DNA from: a virus
Taxonomy: Duplodnaviria; Heunggongvirae; Uroviricota; Caudoviricetes
DNA: 64,000 nt
Reading direction: 5' to 3' (one strand)
IMG/VR virus record: IMGVR_UViG_3300029705_006930
Position numbers and translations under genes: made by a program
The notes under the pieces: model-generated
The model's database searches: none
Seen by the model: the letters and a program-made list of their open reading frames with translations, nothing else
Told to the model about the DNA's origin: nothing
In this document: piece by piece, positions 18,798 through 28,951 of the stretch
How the letters are laid out: every line of letters starts with the position of its first letter
Position numbering within the stretch: the stretch's first letter is position 1

Positions 18798-19187
18798 ATG
18801 ACAAAAGCAGAAAAAGCAGCTGGCAGGCTGTTAAGAAGAATGAATAAAGAATACTTGGGTGAGGTAGAAGCATTGATAAAAATGTGTCGACAGCCTAAAG
18901 TTGACCTTTCTGAAATCAGTATTCAGTCCTACAAAGTAACAGTTTTGGCAGAGCTCAAAGACGAATTTTTTGCAATCAAAATGACAGAAGATGAAATGGA
19001 GTATATTTATGACCTCTATGCTTGTCTTGATGCTCCTTTGAATTATTTGTGGGAATGTTGGCGTGATGATGAAGGCTATAACATTTCTGACTCCATTGGT
19101 GATTTAGTTTCTGATATTATAAGCCAGGATATCGAATGTATTTCAGAAGATAACTTAATCGAGGTGAATATGGATGAGACTGAATGA
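18798..19187 (+). CDS. Hypothetical protein
   Basis: RBS AAAGGAG. Confidence 0.55.
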   Translation: MTKAEKAAGRLLRRMNKEYLGEVEALIKMCRQPKVDLSEISIQSYKVTVLAELKDEFFAIKMTEDEMEYIYDLYACLDAPLNYLWECWRDDEGYNISDSIGDLVSDIISQDIECISEDNLIEVNMDETE

Positions 19188-19416
19188 TAAACTCACAATT
19201 TATTTAGACAATGGCAATAAATTGGTTGCTGAATTATATAATCATGCAGGTATAGAAAAAGAAATCTCCGTACATATTGAAAACGCTTCAGGTGTATGTA
19301 TTCAAGATATTTGCACCGTAAAAGCAGTAGAAGAAATTGAATGTTTAGTATGGGGAGATGAAAATTCTGAAGATTATACAGACGAGTTCTATATACCGCT
19401 TTATAAGGAGGTCTAG
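19174..19416 (+). CDS. Hypothetical protein
   Basis: Overlapping start; RBS GAGG. Confidence 0.45.
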   Translation: MRLNDKLTIYLDNGNKLVAELYNHAGIEKEISVHIENASGVCIQDICTVKAVEEIECLVWGDENSEDYTDEFYIPLYKEV

Positions 19417-19418
19417 CT

Positions 19419-19832
19419 ATGATTTCAGATGAATATAGGCGTAGAACAACAGCCGAATTGCTAAATATGGCATCATCAGTGTGGAACAATATGGACACAT
19501 TTTTAAAAACAGTAGATGATTTTCAATATGATTGGATGAAAAATACGCAAATAAATGTATTTGCGCTTGAATTTATGGAACCAATCATGGTTTATGACGG
19601 TTTTTGTATTATGCGTGATAGAACCTATCGCGATTATTATTACATAAGCGAAGATAAAATCGTTAAAGTTATTCCTGAACATATTTTGGCATCAGCTCCA
19701 GATACCGAATACTATGATGAAAATAATAAATTGATTGATACTGAACAGTTGTTGCAGCTACACGACAGTGATGTTTGTGGTGAGACAGATGATTGCCAGT
19801 ATTATGTATGGTTCAGTGAGGTATCACAATGA
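19419..19832 (+). CDS. Hypothetical protein
   Basis: RBS AAGGAGG. Confidence 0.5.
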   Translation: MISDEYRRRTTAELLNMASSVWNNMDTFLKTVDDFQYDWMKNTQINVFALEFMEPIMVYDGFCIMRDRTYRDYYYISEDKIVKVIPEHILASAPDTEYYDENNKLIDTEQLLQLHDSDVCGETDDCQYYVWFSEVSQ

Positions 19833-19916
19833 GTACAACTAATGTAATTGCTGGACTGGTCGCAGTCGGACTGGTCTTGTTTCAAAGTATGAAAAGTATT
19901 GCGGAGGATGAAGAAA

Positions 19917-20294
19917 ATGAAGAAAATTAATTATGATGTTGCATTGCAGATGCGTAATGAAGGCATAACATATGCTGCAATTGCAGAGATGTTTGGAGTA
20001 TCAAAACAGGCCGTACAGCAATTATTGTCAAGGTCTAAGTTTGACCCAAATGATATGCATTCACGCCACAGAAAAGAATTGTTTGAAAGATGTGTTTTCC
20101 CCGGGTTGGCCAGTGCTATAAAAGAACGCTTTCCCAGTATTTCTGATTTTAGCCGTGCATCCGGCATTCCATATACAACTTTATACTATATTTTTATAGG
20201 CAATGTTGAACCGCGTACTTCAACAATCAATGCATTGTGTCAATATTTGGGAAAAACATATGAAGAACTTTTTACAAAGGAAGTGAATGTATGA
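19917..20294 (+). CDS. Putative DNA-binding regulator with two HTH-like segments
   Basis: ITYAAIAEMFGVSKQAVQQL and SGIPYTTLYYIF...LCQYLGKTYEELF. RBS GGAGG is 9 nt before the third in-frame ATG. Confidence 0.45.
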   Translation: MKKINYDVALQMRNEGITYAAIAEMFGVSKQAVQQLLSRSKFDPNDMHSRHRKELFERCVFPGLASAIKERFPSISDFSRASGIPYTTLYYIFIGNVEPRTSTINALCQYLGKTYEELFTKEVNV

Positions 20295-20626
20295 GGTTGA
20301 CAGAACAGACCCCAATAGAAGTTGCGCAGGCATTAAAAAATGCAGACATATCAATTATATATGGTTTAGCGGACGGTATTATGGCAGAAGCAGCTCGCGA
20401 ATATCGTAAAGCGCGAATAATAGTAGAGAGTAAGGCTGTTGTACTTGACAGTGAATTAAAGCGAGCAAAGAAAAAAATTGCAGCTCTGGACAGGTTTTTC
20501 AATTCAAATCGAGCAGTTGTTCTGTGTCGTGAAGAAAAAACCAGGGATTATATTGTATCAAAACTGAGGGCAGAAACGGTTTCAGAGATGCGTGAAAACT
20601 TATATACATATAAAAATAACAATTAA
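20291..20626 (+). CDS. Hypothetical protein
   Basis: Overlapping start. Confidence 0.45.
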   Translation: MRLTEQTPIEVAQALKNADISIIYGLADGIMAEAAREYRKARIIVESKAVVLDSELKRAKKKIAALDRFFNSNRAVVLCREEKTRDYIVSKLRAETVSEMRENLYTYKNNN

Positions 20627-20643
20627 AAAATTAGGAGGACAGT

Positions 20644-20883
20644 ATGGACGGATTAGTTAATATTATGCAAACAGACCTTGAACAGATTCCAACAGGAACA
20701 CTTATTGCATTTGGAAAAGAGTGCTGGAACAAGCGTTACTGTTCAAACTGTCCTCTTGATAAGTATTGCAGAGTCACCAACTGCGTAATGTTTCAGGATT
20801 CCTTTATGGGGTGTGATGATGTGTTGCGTATTGAATTGGCTAACAGACTTGAAAAATATCTTGGAAAGGAGACAAACATATGA
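20644..20883 (+). CDS. Hypothetical Cys-rich small protein
   Basis: RBS AGGAGG; CWNKRYCSNCPLDKYCRVTNC. Confidence 0.5.
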   Translation: MDGLVNIMQTDLEQIPTGTLIAFGKECWNKRYCSNCPLDKYCRVTNCVMFQDSFMGCDDVLRIELANRLEKYLGKETNI

Positions 20884-21314
20884 GATACGAAGAGTGGAAC
20901 AATAAAAAGCAGAAAGCATTTGATGCACTTCCGATTAAATTTGCATTCAGTGAAGAACAGTTTGACCGTGTGTTGAGCGAGTTCGGATTGACAAGAGATA
21001 ATTGTGCTGAATATTTGGCTCGCATTACAGGTAATGGCTTTATGCTTAAAAAAGATGTGCATTTGCTGGGCGAAGTTAGTCAGCAGTATGAAGAAGAACT
21101 TAAAGAATTATTGAAGGATGATGTTTTCGTAGTTGATATGTTCGTCTACGAAATGAAAAATCACGAATATCAGTATACAGAAGAAGATGAGGAAATCACA
21201 GATGCGTGTGGAATAGGCTATGAGCAGTTTAAAGCAGATAAGCGTTTGCGGAAGTTGTTTGCAGAAGCTCGTACACAGTTTTGGAAATTCTGTGCTGATA
21301 ATGATTGGTTTTAA
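20880..21314 (+). CDS. Hypothetical protein
   Basis: Overlapping start. Confidence 0.5.
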   Translation: MRYEEWNNKKQKAFDALPIKFAFSEEQFDRVLSEFGLTRDNCAEYLARITGNGFMLKKDVHLLGEVSQQYEEELKELLKDDVFVVDMFVYEMKNHEYQYTEEDEEITDACGIGYEQFKADKRLRKLFAEARTQFWKFCADNDWF

Positions 21315-21326
21315 GGAGGACAGGCT

Positions 21327-21506
21327 ATGTACGATAAATATGTTGTTAAATATGTTGTAACAACTTTTGATAAAGAGGGCCAGGAATTATTTGAAAGATA
21401 TCATACAAATGAAGAGACTGCTGTTAAAGAAGCTAAGGCTGCTTTAGCATTAGGTCTTAGAGCTAAAATTATTCAGCATAGTGAACTGACTGGTTGGGAG
21501 GAATGA
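21327..21506 (+). CDS. Small hypothetical protein (59 aa)
   Basis: RBS AAGGAGG; below the track cutoff. Confidence 0.4.
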   Translation: MYDKYVVKYVVTTFDKEGQELFERYHTNEETAVKEAKAALALGLRAKIIQHSELTGWEE

Positions 21507-21703
21507 ATGTGAAGTATTTAATTACAGCCATGTATAACGGTCATGAAGTATTTTCGGCAGACCTCACATTTGTTCCACGTCAACATGAACAGTTGAAAAT
21601 TGGAAGAAATTTGTTTGTTATAAGACATGTTCGTTATCACATAGAAGAAGGAACATCATTGTCAACAATGGCCGTAACTTTATATTTAGAGAAGGTTGCA
21701 TAG
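21503..21703 (+). CDS. Small hypothetical protein
   Basis: ATGA overlap with the previous gene; RBS GGGAGG. Confidence 0.45.
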   Translation: MNVKYLITAMYNGHEVFSADLTFVPRQHEQLKIGRNLFVIRHVRYHIEEGTSLSTMAVTLYLEKVA

Positions 21704-21716
21704 GGAGAATCATATA

Positions 21717-21893
21717 TGAAATACGGAATATATACTGAAAATGGCTCAGGCCAAGAATTTTCTACAAAGGAAGCCATTCTTAAAGAAATTAGTCTTATGA
21801 TTGATGACTGTATCACAAACGGTGGTACACAGTTTGATATTGAGGTGTATGCTAATGCTTCATGTTTCAATACAGATGAGGAGGAAGAACAAT
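21717..21893 (+). CDS. Small hypothetical protein (58 aa)
   Basis: RBS AGGGAG. Confidence 0.35.
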
Positions 21894-22242
21894 GAAATTT
21901 TATTTTGACGTAAAAGAAACACACACAAAAACAATTGCTATTGAAGCAGACAATCTTGCTGATGCAGAGAAACGAGTGCGCAATGCATATCAGTATAGAG
22001 AATTTGAAATTGATTATGACATAGCTGATGATGTACAGTTCATTTGTGTTGAAGAGGATGATATTTTCGAGGAAGAAAATGTTGAACACTTTGATTGTCA
22101 CAACGTCATTTATGACGAAGATGATGATTCTTATGTGTGTCCTATTTGCAGCACATATATTTGCTGCGGAGATACTATCAAAGATATGGACTGTTCATTA
22201 CCAAGCTATTGCGATACTTGCGGTGCTAAACTGCATTATTAA
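21892..22242 (+). CDS. Hypothetical protein with C-terminal zinc-ribbon-like Cys cluster
   Basis: CPICSTYICCGD...CDTCGAK. Confidence 0.5.
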   Translation: MKFYFDVKETHTKTIAIEADNLADAEKRVRNAYQYREFEIDYDIADDVQFICVEEDDIFEEENVEHFDCHNVIYDEDDDSYVCPICSTYICCGDTIKDMDCSLPSYCDTCGAKLHY

Positions 22243-22268
22243 CATCTATGTCTGGACGGAGGTTTATT

Positions 22269-22457
22269 ATGAATAAAATCATTATTATCGAAGTTACAGA
22301 ACAACCTGATGAACAAAAATACTGGAGTTATCCTTTGGAAGAAATTCCATATTTAATGGCCGAAATTAAAAACGGAGATAGAGATAATAATTATATTTTC
22401 CACCTGTATGAAGGCAGACTTTATGAAACAGAGGAAACACATATAGGGTGGCCTTGA
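22269..22457 (+). CDS. Small hypothetical protein
   Basis: RBS GGAGG. Confidence 0.4.
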   Translation: MNKIIIIEVTEQPDEQKYWSYPLEEIPYLMAEIKNGDRDNNYIFHLYEGRLYETEETHIGWP

Positions 22458-22487
22458 TATAAAAATGTAATTTTATGAGGTGGTAAT

Positions 22488-22772
22488 ATGAACGAAGAAA
22501 TTAAGCAATACACTATTGAAGATGCCTATACTGATAATACTGAAATAAAAATGTATGAAAAAGGTAAGTTGGTTGATAGAAAGATTATTTCTAATTGGAA
22601 ATTATATGCTTATCTCGAAAGGTTGATAGATGAAGGTTATCAGCAAGCATATGATGTAAAAAAATATGAAAAAGCCGTTCAGAAAGCGAAAGAATCTCTT
22701 ATGCAAGCTGAACTGGAACTTGAAATGGCAAGAGCTAATAAATTATATAGTGAAGAAGAATTGGCTGAATAA
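22488..22772 (+). CDS. Hypothetical protein
   Basis: RBS GAGGTGG. Confidence 0.5.
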   Translation: MNEEIKQYTIEDAYTDNTEIKMYEKGKLVDRKIISNWKLYAYLERLIDEGYQQAYDVKKYEKAVQKAKESLMQAELELEMARANKLYSEEELAE

Positions 22773-22798
22773 ATGATAACTTTTACAGGTACAGATAT

Positions 22799-23164
22799 AT
22801 GAAAATTTATTTTGAAGATGGCGAATTAAAACATCATACACAAATTCCGTTTGAAGTGGATGTGGTAGTGCAAGCAAGTCGTGGTGTAACACAGAACATA
22901 AAAATGTTGGATGCGTTTGCTGAACATTCGTATGACGCAACGGTTTATACCAATTCAATTTTTGCATTTAATAATATATATGCTTGGAATGAAGAACTTG
23001 GAGTGCCGGAAATTTATATTCGTGAAGCTGACAATATGGTATTTACACGTATTGATAGATTAACCAATAGAAAGCTTAAACAAGGACATAATCTTGCAAA
23101 AATGTATGTTGCAGGAGAATTTGATAATGGTGTTGTAGATAAATTTAATCATATAAAAGAGTGA
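22799..23164 (+). CDS. Hypothetical protein
   Basis: ORF track. Confidence 0.45.
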   Translation: MKIYFEDGELKHHTQIPFEVDVVVQASRGVTQNIKMLDAFAEHSYDATVYTNSIFAFNNIYAWNEELGVPEIYIREADNMVFTRIDRLTNRKLKQGHNLAKMYVAGEFDNGVVDKFNHIKE

Positions 23165-23206
23165 ATTTAAGAGGATATTAGAAAAAATATGTAGGGAGGA
23201 TTAATT

Positions 23207-23395
23207 ATGTCGCTTACTGAAATGAAAAGAGAAATCCTATTTAAATATCATAAAGATATAAATTACTGGTGGAAGTTGCTTGGCGAAATGTTTGAAGGGA
23301 CTGATGGGTTTACAAAAGAATATACAATTAAACGCACCCTTGATGGTTCAACTTGTCACATAACATGGAATAATTATAGCTGGACTATTGAATAA
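23207..23395 (+). CDS. Small hypothetical protein
   Basis: RBS AGGGAGG. Confidence 0.45.
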   Translation: MSLTEMKREILFKYHKDINYWWKLLGEMFEGTDGFTKEYTIKRTLDGSTCHITWNNYSWTIE

Positions 23396-23422
23396 ACAAG
23401 TGATAGTTGATGAGGTGATATT

Positions 23423-23590
23423 ATGGGCATACAGAAAAAATATCGTATGTATTACGCAAATATAAATAATGGTCGAGAATTTTACATTGAAGTAAATAAC
23501 TCTGCCGATATTCAAAAAGCTTTGAATAAAAGACCAGAGTATCTTGCTGACCCGGACAGCTGGGAATGCATTGACCAGGAAGAAATAAAA
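23423..23590 (+). CDS. Small hypothetical protein (56 aa)
   Basis: RBS GAGGTG; below the track cutoff. Confidence 0.35.
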
Positions 23591-23647
23591 TAACTGAGGT
23601 TTTTATGTTCAGTACAGATATCATATTGCAATGAAGTAGGTGATTTT

Positions 23648-24100
23648 ATGGATTATTACAAACAGATTACATTTGATGAATTTAATCGTCTTAAAGAAGG
23701 CGATGTTGTCTATGTCAAATGCGGTAATCAATTTTTCAAAAGCAAAATAGTCAGCGAACCATTTTTTAACTTTGGTACAGAAGAACCAGATTGGGAAGTA
23801 GAAACTACAAATGGTTTTTGTGACCAATACAGCTTGTACAACCCTTGTACATATACCATTTACACCCGCGACGAAGCAGCGCGTATTGTCGAACTTTTTG
23901 ATAATATTCTCTGTGAACATAACATCAAAGTTCCAAGCCCTGAAGATGCTGAACGTGAACCGGACAACAATGCTGCACTTTACGGCACAGTATACAGCGC
24001 CCTGCTGGATGATGTCGAACTTGCTCTAACCGAGATTATCTCACAGGCAAGGCGTGATGATGTCGGTGTTATTCCACACGAGTTTTCAGGAGATTTTTAA
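23648..24100 (+). CDS. Hypothetical protein
   Basis: RBS AGGTG. Confidence 0.5.
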   Translation: MDYYKQITFDEFNRLKEGDVVYVKCGNQFFKSKIVSEPFFNFGTEEPDWEVETTNGFCDQYSLYNPCTYTIYTRDEAARIVELFDNILCEHNIKVPSPEDAEREPDNNAALYGTVYSALLDDVELALTEIISQARRDDVGVIPHEFSGDF

Positions 24101-24114
24101 ACAAGGAGACAATA

Positions 24115-24222
24115 ATGACAAAAATCATCATAACAGGTGTTGCAATTTTTATCATTGGTATTCTGATTGGTGCCTACGCAACAGTTAAAGCAGTGAATCA
24201 AATACACTTGGAGGACAGGTAA
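24115..24222 (+). CDS. Small membrane peptide (about 36 aa)
   Basis: RBS AAGGAG; one hydrophobic helix. Confidence 0.3.
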   Translation: MTKIIITGVAIFIIGILIGAYATVKAVNQIHLEDR

Positions 24223-24224
24223 TT

Positions 24225-24536
24225 ATGAAGATATGGGTTGATGATATAAGACCTGCCCCAGAAGGATATGTATGGTGCAAAAGTGTAAACGAAGCAAAGA
24301 TAGTTATAAAACATCCTGACTTATACGCAACTAGAAGACAAAGGAATATTGAAGTTATAGATACAGACCATGACGCTGGGGCATATGCTTATGACGGAGG
24401 AGACTACATTAAACTTTTAGATTGGTTAGAGGAAACAAATAGGAATTATCCAATCAGAATTCACAGTATGAATCCTGTCGGAGTTGCAAATATGAGAGCC
24501 ATTATTCAGAAAAATGGTTGGAAGGAGATTTTATAA
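24225..24536 (+). CDS. Hypothetical protein
   Basis: RBS GGAGGA. Confidence 0.5.
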   Translation: MKIWVDDIRPAPEGYVWCKSVNEAKIVIKHPDLYATRRQRNIEVIDTDHDAGAYAYDGGDYIKLLDWLEETNRNYPIRIHSMNPVGVANMRAIIQKNGWKEIL

Positions 24537-24871
24537 TGTTACAAGCCAAAGAAATCTATGAAAATGCCTTAGCCCTTAATCCGAAATCAAATCCTGATAA
24601 ACCATATAAAGAGAGTTATGTCGTTGATATGATAAATCAGGTTTTAGAACAATCACAGAGATACAATCAGCGTATAAGGACACTAAAGAGAAAAGATGAA
24701 CAACCGGGCGTGCCATATATTAAAGGCATACATAACGAGATTGATTTTGAAATCGAATTTTATGCCCCATTGAGTTATGGTCTAGCAGCATTGATTGCAG
24801 AAGACCTTGGCGATACGCGTCTTGGGCTATTGTATCAAAAACAATTTATGACTTTGCTTACGATGTTTTAA
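24536..24871 (+). CDS. Hypothetical protein
   Basis: RBS GGAAGGAG; ATG at codon 7 of the TTG-initiated track ORF. Confidence 0.5.
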   Translation: MLQAKEIYENALALNPKSNPDKPYKESYVVDMINQVLEQSQRYNQRIRTLKRKDEQPGVPYIKGIHNEIDFEIEFYAPLSYGLAALIAEDLGDTRLGLLYQKQFMTLLTMF

Positions 24872-24908
24872 AATTTGTCACACAATAAAAAATGAAAGGG
24901 AGATTTAT

Positions 24909-25262
24909 ATGCAAGAGGTTAGATTTTTACTTGATTTTTATGTGCCTTTTAACAGGTGGAAAATAGCTTTGATGAATGTTCCCGAAGAACAATATAAAAT
25001 CAATCCAGGTTTAGGAATATCTCTTACACAGTTTGCATATGATGAACACTTGTCCGAAGGTGGTAATCATTATGAATTTGCGTGTCAGGTGCCAAAGCGA
25101 TTTTATAGATTGCTTAGATTACATCCGGATTGGGAGCCTGTAGATGCTGTAGAACTTGCGAGAATGCTTGAAGGTTATATTAAAGCTGATTGGTCTATTG
25201 AATATAATCCTCCAATTATTACATATGAAACAAGCTTTGAGGAACTGATGGGAGGAGTTTAG
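24909..25262 (+). CDS. Array family member 1, C-terminal motif ITYETSFEELMGGV
   Basis: RBS AAAGGGAG; shared C-terminal Y-E-x-x-F-E-E-L-M-G-G motif. Confidence 0.6.
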   Translation: MQEVRFLLDFYVPFNRWKIALMNVPEEQYKINPGLGISLTQFAYDEHLSEGGNHYEFACQVPKRFYRLLRLHPDWEPVDAVELARMLEGYIKADWSIEYNPPIITYETSFEELMGGV

Positions 25263-25263
25263 T

Positions 25264-25590
25264 ATGGAAGAAATGAGTTCAACCAGACTAGCCATTACTC
25301 CGCTGATTGACAAAACACGATATGGATGCGGAGTTGTAGGTGCAGGATATCCATGCGAAATTACATCAGATGCCGTTGAATTTATTAGTAGCATAGCAAC
25401 AGAAACATATACGACGGGAACAGGCCGTGTGGATTATACAATATCACATCCAGCATCCATATATAATGATGTCGTCTCTGAAGGAAGATGTTTGACACAA
25501 GCAGTGTTAGATTATATTTTTAATCATGTATTAATCCAAGGTATTGATTATGAAATGAATTTTGAAGAACTTATGAAAGGAGAGCCATAA
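25264..25590 (+). CDS. Array family member 2 (..IDYEMNFEELMKGEP)
   Basis: RBS GGAGGAG; shared C-terminal motif. Confidence 0.6.
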   Translation: MEEMSSTRLAITPLIDKTRYGCGVVGAGYPCEITSDAVEFISSIATETYTTGTGRVDYTISHPASIYNDVVSEGRCLTQAVLDYIFNHVLIQGIDYEMNFEELMKGEP

Positions 25591-26057
25591 TGGAGATACA
25601 GAATTTTTGTGAATATTTTAATATTCCAACCAACGCAGATATCTCTGTACAACGTGCTGATGACCCATTTGAACGAATGCAGATAGTAGCAGAATATTTT
25701 TCAGGTGGTGGTTGTAAATGTGAACATATAATTAATTTCGATATGGCTCTTTTATATGCTCAACCAAATGAGGCAGTTTACTCTATTTTATATATTGCTA
25801 ATAATATGATACTGAATATTCCAAAACAGTTATTTGATGCAATATTTATTGAATCAAATAATTTTGAGACTGCATCAAATATACCACATTATATAGCTGT
25901 ATTCTCACAATCATCAATGAATTTAGCACAACGAAAAACACAAGTTGAGGAATTGATAAAAAAACATCAGGAGATATTGCATAATCATCATATACCAGAA
26001 ATTATATATGACTTGGATTTTGATAACTTAATGATAGGAGGTAATGCATCATGTTAG
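25590..26057 (+). CDS. Array family member 3 (..IIYDLDFDNLMIGGNASC)
   Basis: RBS AAAGGAGAG; N-terminal FCEYFNIP resembles the DFYEHF N-termini of other members. Confidence 0.6.
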   Translation: MEIQNFCEYFNIPTNADISVQRADDPFERMQIVAEYFSGGGCKCEHIINFDMALLYAQPNEAVYSILYIANNMILNIPKQLFDAIFIESNNFETASNIPHYIAVFSQSSMNLAQRKTQVEELIKKHQEILHNHHIPEIIYDLDFDNLMIGGNASC

Positions 26058-26473
26058 ATTTTTACGAGCATTTTGGATTATCTGAAGATGTTCGGGTAAC
26101 AGCTGAATCTGTAGATGATGAACTACGTATAGTTTGTTGGGATAATGAGACAAAATATATTGTTCCGTTTGATATGATTATCTTGCCAGAGTGGTGGGGT
26201 GATGAAAAAAATGCATATATCCTGACTAAAAATGATACATTTATTCGTATGCCTCATGGTTTGGCTGTAAATGTTTTTGAAAGAGCGCGTGGTGGTTATT
26301 GGCATTATGACAATGATAAATGGGTAGCTGTGTCCTCATGTTATTTAGGTTATGAAAGAATTCAGAAGAAAGCATCTATTTTGCTGCGAAATATAAATAA
26401 TATTTTAATGGAAGAAGATAGTCATAGAAGCTCAATATCTTATGATGTTGAGTTTGATGCATTATTTAAATAA
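26051..26473 (+). CDS. Array family member 4 (..ISYDVEFDALFK)
   Basis: RBS AGGAGG; N-terminus MLDFYEHFGL. Confidence 0.6.
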   Translation: MLDFYEHFGLSEDVRVTAESVDDELRIVCWDNETKYIVPFDMIILPEWWGDEKNAYILTKNDTFIRMPHGLAVNVFERARGGYWHYDNDKWVAVSSCYLGYERIQKKASILLRNINNILMEEDSHRSSISYDVEFDALFK

Positions 26474-26483
26474 AGGAGAACAA

Positions 26484-26813
26484 ATGAATATAACATTTTA
26501 TATACATAGTACAGGGCGTCAATATTTTTTAACTGCGCTGGGCGGTGCAGCCGTGCGTATCAGTCAAAATATGTATACAAGATTACAAAGACATTCTGTG
26601 GATGCAGGCGATGAAATGGTTAACCGAAGAGTTCGCACCAAACGTATTTTAAATATTGAAGATTTAAATTTCGAGAACAATTATAACTACAATACATATC
26701 GTTTGTATGATTTCTTAGAAAGAAATTACAGGTCATGGCGTAACTACACCACAATCACCTCAGAAATTGTTTATGACGAAAATGCTCTATCTTGGGACGC
26801 TCTTTTTCAGTAA
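26484..26813 (+). CDS. Array family member 5 (divergent tail ..IVYDENALSWDALFQ)
   Basis: RBS AAAGGAGAA. Confidence 0.55.
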   Translation: MNITFYIHSTGRQYFLTALGGAAVRISQNMYTRLQRHSVDAGDEMVNRRVRTKRILNIEDLNFENNYNYNTYRLYDFLERNYRSWRNYTTITSEIVYDENALSWDALFQ

Positions 26814-26825
26814 AGGAGATAATAT

Positions 26826-27185
26826 ATGAACGAACATAAACGGATTTTACCAGAAGAGGGTGCCTATGAGGAACGATTTGCTGTTTATCCAAACCCTAAA
26901 GAACCAACTACATATGTGATGGATGTAAGGTCGCTGACAAGATACAATCCAGCGAGCAGTTTGGTTATTGATGATGCAGTTTTGGAATCACTCAGTATAT
27001 TGTCTTACCACAGTTTTGAAGCTGTACGTCCAGATACAACAGTATATTGCATGTTTATAAAAGATGCAGAAAAAGACAATTTTTTAAAAGACCCTGTGCA
27101 TTGGTTGCTACAAACACAAGTTATGAATACTCCAAGAATGGAATATGAGTTGGATTTTGACACACTGATAGGAGTGATAAAATGA
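26826..27185 (+). CDS. Array family member 6 (..MEYELDFDTLIGVIK)
   Basis: RBS AAAGGAG. Confidence 0.6.
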   Translation: MNEHKRILPEEGAYEERFAVYPNPKEPTTYVMDVRSLTRYNPASSLVIDDAVLESLSILSYHSFEAVRPDTTVYCMFIKDAEKDNFLKDPVHWLLQTQVMNTPRMEYELDFDTLIGVIK

Positions 27186-27646
27186 GAAACTTTGAAGAAG
27201 TTTTCCCAATTGATTCTAATATTGAGTGTTATATAGCGCATCAAACATTGGTGAATTTGAAGTTGGCAATAGCAAATAAATATGACACATCACAAATAAT
27301 GACGACAATAGCTTTTGATTATGTGATACGTATATTCCCGGCGTCCCATCTTGATAACCCAATTACAATTATTAGTATAAATGGGCGCAAATATTGGTTA
27401 TCTTATAAGTTATATACCAAAATATTTATGCGCAGCCGCAGAAATCAGCGTGTGTTGTTTAATGAAGACAATCAACAAGAGGATATTGGACTGGTTATTA
27501 TGATTAGCAATAGTCCGGTGCATTTAGACAACGTATCGGATATTGTAACGGAAATTATTGAGCAAAAATGGTCAGGGCCCATAGGCATAATGAATGAGTT
27601 ACAGCAAATTGAATATATAGGGAGTTTTGAAGATTTATTAAAGTAA
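27182..27646 (+). CDS. Array family member 7 (..IEYIGSFEDLLK)
   Basis: RBS AGGAG. Confidence 0.6.
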   Translation: MRNFEEVFPIDSNIECYIAHQTLVNLKLAIANKYDTSQIMTTIAFDYVIRIFPASHLDNPITIISINGRKYWLSYKLYTKIFMRSRRNQRVLFNEDNQQEDIGLVIMISNSPVHLDNVSDIVTEIIEQKWSGPIGIMNELQQIEYIGSFEDLLK

Positions 27647-27658
27647 GGAGATGATTTT

Positions 27659-28144
27659 ATGGCACACATAGATTTAGGCAATGAATATTATACACATGTT
27701 ATCTCGGAAATCAGAATTACGCCTCCAGAATCTGTAAATGATATGTTGATTCCAAGCAGAGCAATTCATTGTAACCCTTATACAGACAACGTATGGGCAC
27801 AAATCAGATTTCACTTACATAATCAATTATGTCACCGTGGCTATATATATTGGATTGAAAATGCAATATCTAAACCAGATGGTATGGTGTATTTAAATTT
27901 GTCTCCATATCCTGTATTAGGTCGTGATAAGCAATGTTGTATGAGTAAAGAATTGTTTGAAATGCTTCTTGAATATGCAAGAAATATCAAGCACTATGGT
28001 AGCTTACACAGTACTTGTGATTGGCAAAGCAGGGAATATACAATGCTGAAAGTGCGCGAGACAATTTCTGCAATGCTTAAAAAAATAGAATATGCAATGG
28101 ATTTTGATGAGCTCTTAGGAGGTCAGAAATATGACAGCGATTGA
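27659..28144 (+). CDS. Array family member 8 (..IEYAMDFDELLGGQKYDSD)
   Basis: RBS AAGGAG. Confidence 0.6.
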   Translation: MAHIDLGNEYYTHVISEIRITPPESVNDMLIPSRAIHCNPYTDNVWAQIRFHLHNQLCHRGYIYWIENAISKPDGMVYLNLSPYPVLGRDKQCCMSKELFEMLLEYARNIKHYGSLHSTCDWQSREYTMLKVRETISAMLKKIEYAMDFDELLGGQKYDSD

Positions 28145-28499
28145 TTTATTAACACAAAAGGATGTACCTAAAGGAGCATATCGAGTATTGATAGTATGTG
28201 ATGCCACTATAGGTTTTGTGTGTAAGCATTATGCATTGATAGAAAATGAAAACAAAACTTGTCAATATATTATCGAGTGTCAAATACAAGGGGATTTGGA
28301 AAAGTTTTATAGTGCCACATATCAAGGCTTGAAGATGGAATTCTATCGGGTTACTACAGTTGAACAGCCTGCAATAACCGAGGATTCACTTGAAATTCAG
28401 AGGATGATAGATTTCTTATTTCAGGTATATCACATAAATTTAAAGTACGAAAATATGTGTTATGAAATTGATTTTGACCAGTTGATGGGAGGAATATAA
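28131..28499 (+). CDS. Array family member 9 (..MCYEIDFDQLMGGI)
   Basis: RBS GGAGG. Confidence 0.6.
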   Translation: MTAIDLLTQKDVPKGAYRVLIVCDATIGFVCKHYALIENENKTCQYIIECQIQGDLEKFYSATYQGLKMEFYRVTTVEQPAITEDSLEIQRMIDFLFQVYHINLKYENMCYEIDFDQLMGGI

Positions 28500-28951
28500 T
28501 GTTTGCAACAATGGTAAATGGTGAAAAACATCTGATAACGCAAGTTGATTGGAGGCCTATATTTAATGATGATGGAAAATGTATTGAAAGAGAAATTTCT
28601 ATAAAGTTCGACTATGATGAATCATTGCGAGCAGCAAAATATAGAGTTGGCTGGTTTGTTGATGAGCATGTAAATAACGAAATACAAGTACATTTAAAAT
28701 TGCGTAATGATAAAACAATTCCAGTTATGATTCCTACGATACTCGCAGAAGCAATGGTGGAATATCAACGCAAATTGCAAAAAGAAGGGTTCTGTGGTTT
28801 GGCTACAGGAGCTCCAGAGTGGTTGTTGACATGGTATTCTGAACAACAACTGAAATTTGGAACTGAAAATGTATTTCATTTTAATAGAACAAATGAAATT
28901 AAGACAATGACTTATGAAGTGGATTTATTTGAGGAGTTGATAAACAGTTGA
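28499..28951 (+). CDS. Array family member 10 (..MTYEVDLFEELINS)
   Basis: RBS GGGAGG. Confidence 0.6.
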   Translation: MFATMVNGEKHLITQVDWRPIFNDDGKCIEREISIKFDYDESLRAAKYRVGWFVDEHVNNEIQVHLKLRNDKTIPVMIPTILAEAMVEYQRKLQKEGFCGLATGAPEWLLTWYSEQQLKFGTENVFHFNRTNEIKTMTYEVDLFEELINS

